Positions 1-8,018 of a DNA stretch of 64,000 nucleotides are shown piece by piece. The notes under the pieces were generated by a model. That model was not told the DNA's origin. It saw only the letters and a program-made list of their open reading frames with translations, and did not search any database. Position 1 is the stretch's first letter, and each line of letters opens with the position of its first letter. Made by a program: the position numbers and the translations under genes. This DNA is from Dehalococcoidia bacterium (GTDB lineage Bacteria; Chloroflexota; Dehalococcoidia; Bin125), in the NCBI GenBank assembly GCA_965200625.1, contig OZ241375.1, forward strand, positions 8,234 through 72,233, given 5' to 3'.

Positions 1-877
1 TGATCAGGACGACTGACTGGAAGACGGGATTGTCGCGAGCGAACAGCGAGGTGAGCACCTTGTTGCCGATGCCGGGGATGTTGAACATGTTCTCGAGGAT
101 GACCTGAGAGCCGATGATCGTGGCGATCGTGACGCCCATCACGGTGAGCACGGGCAGGAGCGCGTTGCGGAGGGCGTGACGCATGATCACGACCGACTCG
201 CGCAGGCCCTTGGCGCGGGCGGTGCGGACATAATCCTGGCGCAGGACCTCAAGCATCTGCGAACGCAGCAGGCGCATGGTCGTCGCGGTGCCGGCGAAGC
301 CGCCGGCGAACATCGGGATCAGGTACCAGGTGATCGCGCGCTCCGGGTCTTCCCAGAGGTGCGGCTGGCCGATCACGTCGATCAGGAAGAGGTCCCACTG
401 GAGGACGACGAGGGAGGCGATCGCGGCGGTCCAGAAGACGGGCGCGGCGAGCGCGAGGATGGCGAGGCCGCGCAGGGTGTAGTCGGCGGGCTTGTCCTGG
501 AAGATCGCCGATAACAGCCCGACGGGAATGGCGACGGTGAAGCCGACGATCATAATCAGCACGCCGAGCTCGATCGAGTAGGGCAGCGAGCGGCCGATCT
601 CGTACCAGACGGAGTTCTGGGTGAGGAAGGAGTTGCCGAGATCGAGGCGGACGGTGTCCCAAAGCCAGGTGGCGTACTGTTCGCCGATCGGTTTGTCGAG
701 GCCGAGGTCGGCCTTGCGCTGGGCGATGGTCTCCGCGTTGGCGGAGCCGGCGTCGAGGCCGAGCGAGGCGGTGGCGAAGTCGCCGGGCAGCACGCGGATC
801 GCGAAGAACGAGAACGTGCCGACGAGGAAGACGACGAAGACAGCGCCGATCACTCTGCGGATGATGTAGCCCTGCAT
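1..877 (-). CDS. ABC transporter permease, peptide/nickel (DppB/OppB-like) family. Partial: the start codon is inside the window and the C-terminus runs off the left edge.
   Basis: Reverse-complement translation from ATG at ~875-877 gives MQGYIIRRVIGAVFVVFLVGTFSFFAIRVLPGDF...LRSQMLEVLRQDYVRTARAKGL, the typical BPD_transp_1 permease fold of Opp/Dpp-type transporters. It is not in the ORF track because there is no in-window stop. Confidence 0.85.
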   Translation of the reverse strand, partial: MQGYIIRRVIGAVFVVFLVGTFSFFAIRVLPGDFATASLGLDAGSANAETIAQRKADLGLDKPIGEQYATWLWDTVRLDLGNSFLTQNSVWYEIGRSLPYSIELGVLIMIVGFTVAIPVGLLSAIFQDKPADYTLRGLAILALAAPVFWTAAIASLVVLQWDLFLIDVIGQPHLWEDPERAITWYLIPMFAGGFAGTATTMRLLRSQMLEVLRQDYVRTARAKGLRESVVIMRHALRNALLPVLTVMGVTIATIIGSQVILENMFNIPGIGNKVLTSLFARDNPVFQSVVLI

Positions 878-1001
878 CCTGCCGCCTGACTGCTGCGCCC
901 GCCGACGGCCTCACTGTGTCAGGAGGCCGCCGGCGGGAGCGTGGTGATTCGCCGATTGATTGCCGCTCAATGCCGATCGGTGGTGAGCCGCCGCGCTCCG
1001 C

Positions 1002-2993
1002 TCAGAGCGGCGTCGGCGACGGCGCCTGGCGCGTGGCGGCCGACGGGTCGTCGAGATCGAGGTAGTGCTCCATCGCCTGGAGGCTGACGGCGAGGAAGTT
1101 CCAGCCTTCTTCGTCCGTCTTCTTCTCGATCCTGTTGTAGTTGTAGCCGATCCACGGGTAGATGTAGTTGTAGCAGATGCTGCGACCGAACTGCCCGCGC
1201 TCCATGACGTACTCCTGCACGTCGCGGACCATCTGGTAGGCGGTTTCGTAGTCGAGCTCCTGCTTGGCGGCGATCAACGTCTCGTCGATGTAGGGGTCGG
1301 AGACTTCCCAGTAGTTGGAGCCGGCGCCGGTGGTGAAGGCGCCGATCATGTCGGCCCGCGCGTCGGGGATTTCGATGTTCGGAATCCAGCTGAAGAACGG
1401 GTCGAAGTCCTTGGCGATCCAGGACGGGATGATCTCCAGGTAGGGCTTGGTGATGCCGTTGAACTGGTCGGTGCCGAAGGCCTGGTTGAACATCTCGGCG
1501 ATGATGCCCGGCGTCGCCGACCAGGCGGCGCGGGAGGCCCAGAGTTCGGAGGTCACCCAGTCGATCTGGCCGAGTTCGGGACCGCCGGCGGCATCCCAGA
1601 GAGCGCGCGCCTCTTCGAGGTCGGCTTCCTTGTCGACGCGGTAGCCGGGGATCGTTTCCAGCTCTTCCTGCGGGATCGCCCAGGCTTCCTGCATCCAGGA
1701 GACGGGGCCGGAGACCTTGCCGAGGCCGTTGTGCAGCTGCTGGATCAGCTGGCGCCGGTTGATCGCCAGGTCGATGGCGCGGGTCAGGCGCAGGTCGTTC
1801 CAGGGCGCCTTGTTCGAGGGCGTGAAGATCGACACGGTGTTGGCGACGCCCTGGAAGGTGAGGTAGGTCTCGTCGATCAGGTCGTCGTGGATCGCCAGGA
1901 TCGTGTTCGGATCCGGGTCGGTCATCGAGTCGACCTGCTTCTGCTCGAAGGCGATGCGGTAGGCGTTGGGGTCCTGGAAGGTCTGCACCCAGACCCAGCC
2001 GTCGAGATGCGGTTTGTTGGGCAGGTCGTAGAAGTTGGGGTTCTGGACGGCGGAGATGCCCTCGCCCGGGTCCCAGCGGGTGAGGATGTTGGGGCCGGTG
2101 CCGATCACCTTGGAGGCGTCGACCTCGGTGTACTGGTCTTCGGTGCCGCCGACGAGCTCGGGCTGATTGATCAGGTTGAACTCGTTGGCGAAGCCCTGCA
2201 CGAAGGTGGCGTCGGGCTCGACCAGGTTGAGGCTGACGCTGTTGTCGACCTGGTCGATCGAGGCGACGCCGCCCCAGTAGGCGGAGCGGCCGAAGTTGCC
2301 GGCTTCCTCGCCGCTGGTCAGCAGCTTGTTGCGCTGGCGGTCGATGTTCCAGACGATGTCCTCGGTGGTCAGCGCGCGGCCGGCCGCGGCGGCCGGGTTG
2401 TTGGCGCCCGGGCCTTCGGCGTGCCAGGTGACGCCGTCGCGCAAGTTGAGCACGATGGTGGTCGGGTCGGGCGTTTCCCAGGTTTCCGCGAGGTCGCCGA
2501 CGAGGGTGCCGGTGTCGGGGTTGGCGAAGCGCAGCAGCTTGGACTGCACCCGCGCCAGCACCTGCAGCACCGGCGAGGCGACCGTGCGGTGCGAGTCGTA
2601 GGTCTCGTAGACGTTGGCCGACTGCTCAACGACCCAGCCGCCGTACTTCTTAGTCGAGGCGACCGCGGCCTGTTCCTGCATGGCCTGCTGCTGGGCCTGG
2701 TCTGCGGCGTCCTGCTCCTGGGCCTGCTGCTGCATGGCCTGTTGTTCAGCCTGCTGCTGCGCCTGCTGTTGCATGGCCTGCTGCTGTTGCTGCGGCTGCA
2801 TCGCCTGCTGTTGCATGGCCTGCTGCTGTTGCTGCTGGGTCTGGGCGACGGCCTGGCCGTCGTCGTCATCGTCGCCGCAGCCGACCAGCGCCAGGCCGGC
2901 CGCGCCGACGCCGGCGCGCGCCGAGGCGCGCAGGATGCCGCGCCGGCTCATCCGTTTGCGGTTCATCCGTTGCCAATAGGATCGCTCGCTCAT
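1002..2993 (-). CDS. ABC transporter substrate-binding protein, family 5 (peptide/nickel), Tat-signal lipoprotein with a Gln-rich linker
   Basis: ORF 1002..3041. N-terminus MSRRGILRASARAGVGAAGLALVGC has a twin-arginine motif plus a lipobox Cys. It is followed by QQQQQQAMQQQAMQPQQQQQAMQQQAQQQAEQQ low complexity and then a typical SBP_bac_5 body. Alternative starts at ~2966 or ~2951. Confidence 0.85.
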   Translation of the reverse strand: MSERSYWQRMNRKRMSRRGILRASARAGVGAAGLALVGCGDDDDDGQAVAQTQQQQQQAMQQQAMQPQQQQQAMQQQAQQQAEQQAMQQQAQEQDAADQAQQQAMQEQAAVASTKKYGGWVVEQSANVYETYDSHRTVASPVLQVLARVQSKLLRFANPDTGTLVGDLAETWETPDPTTIVLNLRDGVTWHAEGPGANNPAAAAGRALTTEDIVWNIDRQRNKLLTSGEEAGNFGRSAYWGGVASIDQVDNSVSLNLVEPDATFVQGFANEFNLINQPELVGGTEDQYTEVDASKVIGTGPNILTRWDPGEGISAVQNPNFYDLPNKPHLDGWVWVQTFQDPNAYRIAFEQKQVDSMTDPDPNTILAIHDDLIDETYLTFQGVANTVSIFTPSNKAPWNDLRLTRAIDLAINRRQLIQQLHNGLGKVSGPVSWMQEAWAIPQEELETIPGYRVDKEADLEEARALWDAAGGPELGQIDWVTSELWASRAAWSATPGIIAEMFNQAFGTDQFNGITKPYLEIIPSWIAKDFDPFFSWIPNIEIPDARADMIGAFTTGAGSNYWEVSDPYIDETLIAAKQELDYETAYQMVRDVQEYVMERGQFGRSICYNYIYPWIGYNYNRIEKKTDEEGWNFLAVSLQAMEHYLDLDDPSAATRQAPSPTPL
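2690..2860. repeat. imperfect CAG/CTG-rich 18-30 bp reiterations (encode the QAMQQQ units of the lipoprotein linker)
   Basis: Repeated ctgctgctgcatggcctg-like units are visible in the sequence. Confidence 0.6.
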
Positions 2994-3119
2994 CGATTCC
3001 TCCTGTGCCGAGCCTCCGCGCCCGCCGGCGGACTGGCTCATAAACTCTAACGATATCCTAAGCGCGGGTTACTGTGTTGTCGTTATCACGTCGGCGCGAA
3101 GCAATGGAGAGGAGCCGGG

Positions 3120-3437
3120 GTGGCCCGAGCCGTCCGCGAGCTAACGTTGCGCGCCGTGCCGATCTGGTTGCTGCGGCAGTATCTGGAGCAGCTGGGCGCG
3201 GCGGAGATCGCGCCGCCCAATCCCGGCGCGACCGATCCGGACGGCGTCGTCCGCCCCGACGGGGCGATGGCGGGCGAGGGCTGGACTGTCCTCTGGCGCA
3301 CTGAGCAGCGGTCGATGCATCCGCGTCTGCCGACGAAGATGGACGAGCATCACTTCGTCTTCACGGCGGAGTCGGAGGCGGCCCTGGAGTCATTGATGGA
3401 GCGCTTCATGCGCAAAGCCCATCGCGGCGGCGGTTGA
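3120..3437 (+). CDS. hypothetical small protein (copy A1 of a duplicated module)
   Basis: ORF track (GTG start). Third-codon positions are strongly G/C, consistent with coding. The C-terminal ~70 codons are ~95% identical at the DNA level to 4205-4415. Confidence 0.4.
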   Translation: MARAVRELTLRAVPIWLLRQYLEQLGAAEIAPPNPGATDPDGVVRPDGAMAGEGWTVLWRTEQRSMHPRLPTKMDEHHFVFTAESEAALESLMERFMRKAHRGGG

Positions 3438-3472
3438 GTTGGTATCGTTGGCGCAACCGGAGGAGCGCTCGC

Positions 3473-3691
3473 ATGACGACCGACGAACCAGCAGCCGACG
3501 AACGCCCCCTGCCACAAACCGTGGCGGAATGGGTCAAGGACCGGCGCGGCCCCATCCCGCCTGCCACTCCCGAAGTCGTGGACTGGGGTCTGATGACTCC
3601 GCGGGAGGTGCTCAGAATGCTGGCGCGGCAGATCAGGGAACGGCGGCTGGTCCTATACGAAGACGACGAAGACGGACGCGGCAAACAATAG
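3473..3691 (+). CDS. hypothetical small protein (72 aa, MTTDEPAADERPLPQ...)
   Basis: ATG-initiated sub-ORF of 3434..3691. Unique to copy 1, with weaker GC3 bias. Overlaps the 3' end of the convergent membrane gene by ~39 nt. Confidence 0.2.
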   Translation: MTTDEPAADERPLPQTVAEWVKDRRGPIPPATPEVVDWGLMTPREVLRMLARQIRERRLVLYEDDEDGRGKQ

Positions 3692-4117
3692 GACATCAAC
3701 CGCCCACAGCGCCGTCGCGACCGTGGTCATCTGGCGTTTGAATTGCAGCATTGGCTCATTGCGGCGAAATGCGGCCATGATCTGAATTCCGGCCCACTCG
3801 CGCTGTTCGGTGTCATCCAAGTCCTGACTGAGTGCCAACAGCGCGGGCAGTTCCGGCTGCAGGTTCATTCGCCGATCGAGATAGCCAACGAACGTCGTCA
3901 CAACCAGCAGGACGTAGACGAATCCGCCGGCAGCCCAGAGTCCGATTGCCGTGGTGGTGACGCTGTCGCGCTCAAAGCCCTGAAACGCGGCAAAGAGCAC
4001 CAGCAGCGCTGTCGCGGCGGTGAAGATGCCTGCCAGACGCGAATTCAGCTCACGCACCTGGGCCAGCTGCTGATCCAGCCGCCAGCGGGCGAGCTCGTAG
4101 TAGACCTGACGCACCAC
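3653..4117 (-). CDS. hypothetical membrane protein with 3 predicted TM helices (copy M1; SLATT-like topology, unconfirmed)
   Basis: ORF track. An N-terminal amphipathic helix ARWRLDQQLAQVRELNSRLAGIF precedes hydrophobic segments TAATALLVLFAAF, AIGLWAAGGFVYVLLVVTTFVGYL and TVATALWAVDVLLFAASVFVVFV. It is a paralogue of 4624..5148. Confidence 0.55.
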   Translation of the reverse strand: MVRQVYYELARWRLDQQLAQVRELNSRLAGIFTAATALLVLFAAFQGFERDSVTTTAIGLWAAGGFVYVLLVVTTFVGYLDRRMNLQPELPALLALSQDLDDTEQREWAGIQIMAAFRRNEPMLQFKRQMTTVATALWAVDVLLFAASVFVVFV

Positions 4118-4136
4118 TCTGCTCCTGAGCAGCAGC

Positions 4137-4209
4137 CTATGGCAGACCGATCATGGCGGCGGTGCGCGTTTTGAGCAGCCCGGCGTGGACCCGCGCACCT
4201 TGGGCGCGA
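4137..4209 (+). other. relic 5' fragment of the CoA-transferase gene (upstream region plus codons ~39-48, with an internal ~120 nt deletion) at the duplication junction
   Basis: ctatggcagaccgatcatggcggcgg and ttgagcagcccggcgtggacccgcgcaccttgggcgcg match 5137-5162 and 5287-5322 of the intact caiB-like gene. Confidence 0.6.
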
Positions 4210-4415
4210 CCGATCCGGACGGCGTCGTCCGCCCCGACGGGGAGATGGCGGGCGAGGGCTGGACCGGCCTCTGGCGCACTGAGCAGCGGTCGATGCATCC
4301 GCGTCTGCCGACGAAGATGGACGAGCATCACTTCGTCTTCACGGCGGAGTCGGAGGCGGCTCTGGAGTCGCTGCTGGAGCGCTTCATGCGCAAAGCCCAT
4401 CGCGGCGGCGGTTGA
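4185..4415 (+). pseudogene. chimeric duplicate of small ORF A: a caiB-like 5' fragment (VDPRTLGA) fused to the C-terminal 70 codons of A
   Basis: ORF track. The DNA at 4205-4415 is near-identical to 3230-3437, whereas the N-terminal codons derive from the CoA-transferase 5' region. Confidence 0.35.
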
Positions 4416-4623
4416 GTTGGTAAGCTGGCCGTGTAGCGGAAGAGGACCGGTGCGATGGATGAGGCGCCAGGCAGCGAGTCCAGTCGGGACGTTGCGGACG
4501 AGGTCTCGCCGTAGCAGGCGGCGAAGCCGCGCCGGCTCGGGCCAGCGTCGGTTGATCGAGGCCTGCCGTTGCCTTGGGATGGGCTGCGATTCCTGTGGTC
4601 AACGTGGCGCGAAGATCGACGAC

Positions 4624-5100
4624 TCAGAGCACAGAGCTCAGGGCAACCGCCACGAGCACGATGACATCGATCCCCCACAGCCAGATAGCAATGCCGGCAT
4701 AGATGGCCTTGCGCCGGATGTAGCCCTCGTTCGCATCGACGGCGTTGACAATCTCGTCCGCCACAAGTTGCTTCAAGCCGCTCTCTGCGTCATCGCCGGC
4801 GGAGTCGAGTGTGTTCAGTTCTCGTAGGACGCCCAGGTTGGGGCCGAGTTCCAGTCTTCGGTTTCGTAGTCCCAGAATGGTGGCGAGCACCAGGAGCGCG
4901 TAGATCGCTGCGCGGGCACCGAGAAGCGCAAATGTGGAGTTTCCGAGGTCGTCGTTGAATCCCTGAAAGGCGGCAAACAGGACGAGTAACGCGGTTGCCG
5001 CCGTGAACACTCCCGCCAATCTCGAATTCAGCTCGCGGATTTCCGTGAGCTGCTCGTCCAGACGCCACCGGGCGATGTCGTAGAACACCGGCCCCGTCAT
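4624..5100 (-). CDS. hypothetical 3-TM membrane protein (copy M2, paralogue of 3653..4117)
   Basis: ORF 4624..5148. The likely start is MTGPVFYDIARWRLDEQLTEIRELNSRLAGVFTAATALLVLFAAFQGF, with a conserved N-terminal ~45 aa and a divergent remainder. Confidence 0.55.
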   Translation of the reverse strand: MTGPVFYDIARWRLDEQLTEIRELNSRLAGVFTAATALLVLFAAFQGFNDDLGNSTFALLGARAAIYALLVLATILGLRNRRLELGPNLGVLRELNTLDSAGDDAESGLKQLVADEIVNAVDANEGYIRRKAIYAGIAIWLWGIDVIVLVAVALSSVL

Positions 5101-5180
5101 CGATCCTCCGCCCAGCTGGCTGCTCGCAGCCAATGGCAGACCTATCATGGCGGCGGACTGTTGTTTGAGGGGAGCTGGAG

Positions 5181-6392
5181 ATGGCCGGTCCGTTGGCTGG
5201 GGTGCGTGTCTTTGATCTGACGCTATGGATGGTCGGGCCGTGGGCGTCGATGCAGCTGGGCGCGTTGGGCGCGGATGTGATTCATATTGAGCAGCCAGGC
5301 GTGGACCCGCGCACGTTGGGCGCGGGCGTGCCGCCGGCGATCAATGGCACCTCGGTCGGCTACATCACCTGGAACATGAACAAGCGCGGACTCTTCCTCG
5401 ACCTCAAGTCGCCGGCTGACCGCCAGACCGCCTACGAGCTGCTGCAAACCTGCGACGTGTTCCTGATCAACATGCGGCCCGGCGCGGCGGAGCGGATGGG
5501 CGTGGGTTACGAACAGGTCGCGGCGGCGAATCCGAACATTGTCTACACCGCGATCACCGGTTGGGGCGAGGTCGGCCCGATGCGCGACAAGCCGGGCGCG
5601 GATGTGCAGTGTCAGTACTTCACCGGCTTCTGGTCGGTGAGCGGCAAGCGCGGCGGCTGGCCTGAGGTCTACCGCCACTTCACGCAGATGGACGCGAGCA
5701 CCGGCAACGTCGCCGCGCAGGCGGTGCTGATGGGTCTGCTGGCGCGCAAGCGGACGGGCCGCGGGCAGCGCATCCACGTGGGGATGCTGCGCGCCGGGAT
5801 GGCGCTCCAGAGCGGGAGGATCGCGGAGTATCTGGCCAGCGGCGTCCAAGCGCCGCCGTTGGGTTCGGCCGGCTACGCCGCCGCGCCGGATCAGGCGTTT
5901 CAGTGTCAGGGCGGCGACTGGATCGGCGTCGCAGCGACCTGCGAGTCGGAGTGGCGGCGGTTGTGCGAGGCGCTGGCCGCGTCGGAGGCGGAAGGTCTGG
6001 ACGACTTGGCGTCTGATCCCCGATTTGCGACAAACCTGGATCGCGTCGCCCACCGCGACGCGCTGGCGGCGATCTTGCAGAACGCCTTCGCGCAGCGGCC
6101 GCGGCATTACTGGATGCTGCGCCTCGCCGACGCGGGCGTGCCTTGCGGCTATCCGATTGCGTTTGAGTCGCTCCAGCATCACGCGCAGGCGATTGAGAAT
6201 GGCTATCTGCGCGAGGTGACGACCTCAGGTTGGGGCGACGTGTGGACGGGCGGGCCGCCGTGGACGTTGTCGCGCACGCCGGCGCGCTGGACGGGCACGC
6301 CGCTGCCGGGCGAGCACACGGGCGGCATCCTCGACGAGCTGGCGCAGCGGCAGGCGGCGGTTGCAGAGCCGACGCCGGTGATCGGCGACTAG
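5181..6392 (+). CDS. CoA-transferase family III (CaiB/BaiF-like)
   Basis: ORF track. MAGPLAGVRVFDLTLWMVGPWASMQLGALGADVIHIEQPG...INMRPG is a canonical family-III N-terminus. Confidence 0.9.
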   Translation: MAGPLAGVRVFDLTLWMVGPWASMQLGALGADVIHIEQPGVDPRTLGAGVPPAINGTSVGYITWNMNKRGLFLDLKSPADRQTAYELLQTCDVFLINMRPGAAERMGVGYEQVAAANPNIVYTAITGWGEVGPMRDKPGADVQCQYFTGFWSVSGKRGGWPEVYRHFTQMDASTGNVAAQAVLMGLLARKRTGRGQRIHVGMLRAGMALQSGRIAEYLASGVQAPPLGSAGYAAAPDQAFQCQGGDWIGVAATCESEWRRLCEALAASEAEGLDDLASDPRFATNLDRVAHRDALAAILQNAFAQRPRHYWMLRLADAGVPCGYPIAFESLQHHAQAIENGYLREVTTSGWGDVWTGGPPWTLSRTPARWTGTPLPGEHTGGILDELAQRQAAVAEPTPVIGD

Positions 6393-6393
6393 C

Positions 6394-7563
6394 GTGCCCG
6401 GTCCGCTGGAGGGTTACCGCATCATCGAGATCGCCGAAGGCGTCGCCGGCCCGTACACGGCGATGTCGCTGGGCGACGCCGGCGCGGACGTGATCAAGGT
6501 CGAGCCGCCGACGGGTGATCGGGCGCGCGGCTGGGCGCCGCCGGTTGAGGGCGGCGGCTCGGCGCTGTTCCAGGCGCTCAACCGCAGCAAGCGCGGGATC
6601 ACGCTGGACTGGTCGTCCGAGCGCGACATTGAGATCGCGCAGCAGTTGCTGGGTAGCGCCGACGTGGCAATCGTCGACAAGGCCGGCCTGCCCGCTCCTC
6701 TGCGCTGGGAAGCGCTGGACGCTCCGGGACTAGTCTACTGCGCGCTCTCCGGATTCGGGCCGCGCGGGCCCTGGCGGGAGCGGCCGGCGTCCGAGCTTGC
6801 GGCGCAGCTGGCCAGTGAAGCGACGGCGTCGCTGGGCAGCATTGGAGAGGAGCCGGTGCGGCACGGCGGCGATATCGGCTCGATGTACGCCGCCAACTAT
6901 GCGATTCAGGCGATCTGCGCGGCGCTCTACGCGCGCGACGACTCCGATCCGTCCGCGCCGACGGGCGGGCAGCGGATCGAGGTCTCGTTGTTCGGCAGTC
7001 TGCTAGCGATGCGCTCGACGCTCTGGGTGGCGCTCTCCAATCCCGATGAATGGTGGGGCTTTCACCTCGATTCCTACGTCAAGCCGCCCGATCACGGCTA
7101 TCAGTGCCGCGATCTGCCGATCTACTTCTCGCTGGCGCGCATTCGCGGGGATGCGTTTGAATCGTTGATTGACGAGTTGGGTATGGACTGGGCGCGGGCG
7201 CATCCCGACTTCGCGCGGCTGCGCACGGACGGGGCCGGCGGCGCGGGCCGCTATGCGGCGGAGCTCAAGCAGCTCTGGGAGCGCGGGTTCTCGAACTTCG
7301 ACGCCGAGCGAGTGATCGAGATCGTCGAGCGGCACGGCGGCTGGGCCTTCTCGATGCACGACTACGAGCGGCTCAGCCGCGATCCGCAGGTGGCGGCGGT
7401 GGACGCGATTATCGAGGTGGAGCAGGGCGACGGTTCGTCGCTGCGACAGGTTGCGCCGCCGTGGGACTTTGCCGGGACGCCGGTCGCGGCGCCGCGTCCC
7501 GCGCCCGCGCTGGGCGAGCATCAGCGGGAGGTGCTGGAGGAGCTCGACGTTCTGCGCCGCTGA
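6394..7563 (+). CDS. CoA-transferase family III (second copy)
   Basis: ORF track. MPGPLEGYRIIEIAEGVAGPYTAMSLGDAGADVIKVEPP. Confidence 0.9.
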   Translation: MPGPLEGYRIIEIAEGVAGPYTAMSLGDAGADVIKVEPPTGDRARGWAPPVEGGGSALFQALNRSKRGITLDWSSERDIEIAQQLLGSADVAIVDKAGLPAPLRWEALDAPGLVYCALSGFGPRGPWRERPASELAAQLASEATASLGSIGEEPVRHGGDIGSMYAANYAIQAICAALYARDDSDPSAPTGGQRIEVSLFGSLLAMRSTLWVALSNPDEWWGFHLDSYVKPPDHGYQCRDLPIYFSLARIRGDAFESLIDELGMDWARAHPDFARLRTDGAGGAGRYAAELKQLWERGFSNFDAERVIEIVERHGGWAFSMHDYERLSRDPQVAAVDAIIEVEQGDGSSLRQVAPPWDFAGTPVAAPRPAPALGEHQREVLEELDVLRR

Positions 7564-7571
7564 CTAGCTGA

Positions 7572-8018
7572 TTAGCTGCGGGCGGGACGGAAGACGGGCA
7601 GCGTGATCTCGTCGTTGACTTTGCGGAAATCGACCTCGACCGCGAGGTCGCAGCTGACGTCCCGGTCTTCGATCCCGACCAGCGTCGAGTACATATAGGG
7701 GCCTTCTTCGAGCTTGATCAGCGCGACGGTGTAGGGGTACTCGTCCGGCGACCAGCCGGGGAAGTACTGCTGCCACATCCGGATCCACGACCAGACGGTG
7801 CCATGCCCGGAGATGGGGCGCCACTCCCAGTCGTCCTGCAGACAGCGCGGACAGGCCTCGGCCGGAGGGAACCAGGGCAGGTCGCAGATGTTGCAGAACT
7901 GGATCTGGAGGATGCCCTCGCGGCAGCCGTCCCAGAAGGGCTTGGTCAGGCCCAGCACGGGGGGCAGCGGCTTGTCGTAGCTGTGTCCGGCGGGTTGGTC
8001 GTCGGTGGAGGTGGTCAT
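7572..8018 (-). CDS. Zn-ribbon/OB-fold DUF35 protein (partner of the thiolase-like protein)
   Basis: The likely start is MTTSTDDQPAGHSYDKPLPPVLGLTKPFWDGC. CxxC...CxxC zinc ribbon (CNICDLPWFPPAEACPRC). Overlaps the upstream stop (ATGA). Confidence 0.8.
   Translation of the reverse strand: MTTSTDDQPAGHSYDKPLPPVLGLTKPFWDGCREGILQIQFCNICDLPWFPPAEACPRCLQDDWEWRPISGHGTVWSWIRMWQQYFPGWSPDEYPYTVALIKLEEGPYMYSTLVGIEDRDVSCDLAVEVDFRKVNDEITLPVFRPARS

Noticed and set aside
1065-3050. 661-aa plus-strand ORF
   Set aside because: Antisense shadow of the substrate-binding protein gene; long open frames on both strands are expected at 70% GC. It has Arg/Ala/Gly-rich nonsense composition and no domain signal.
5223-6182. 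319-aa minus ORF, plus other Arg/Pro-rich ORFs overlapping the CoA-transferase genes (e.g. 7003..7521, 8039..9409, 8653..8931)
   Set aside because: Antisense or out-of-frame shadows of well-supported genes.
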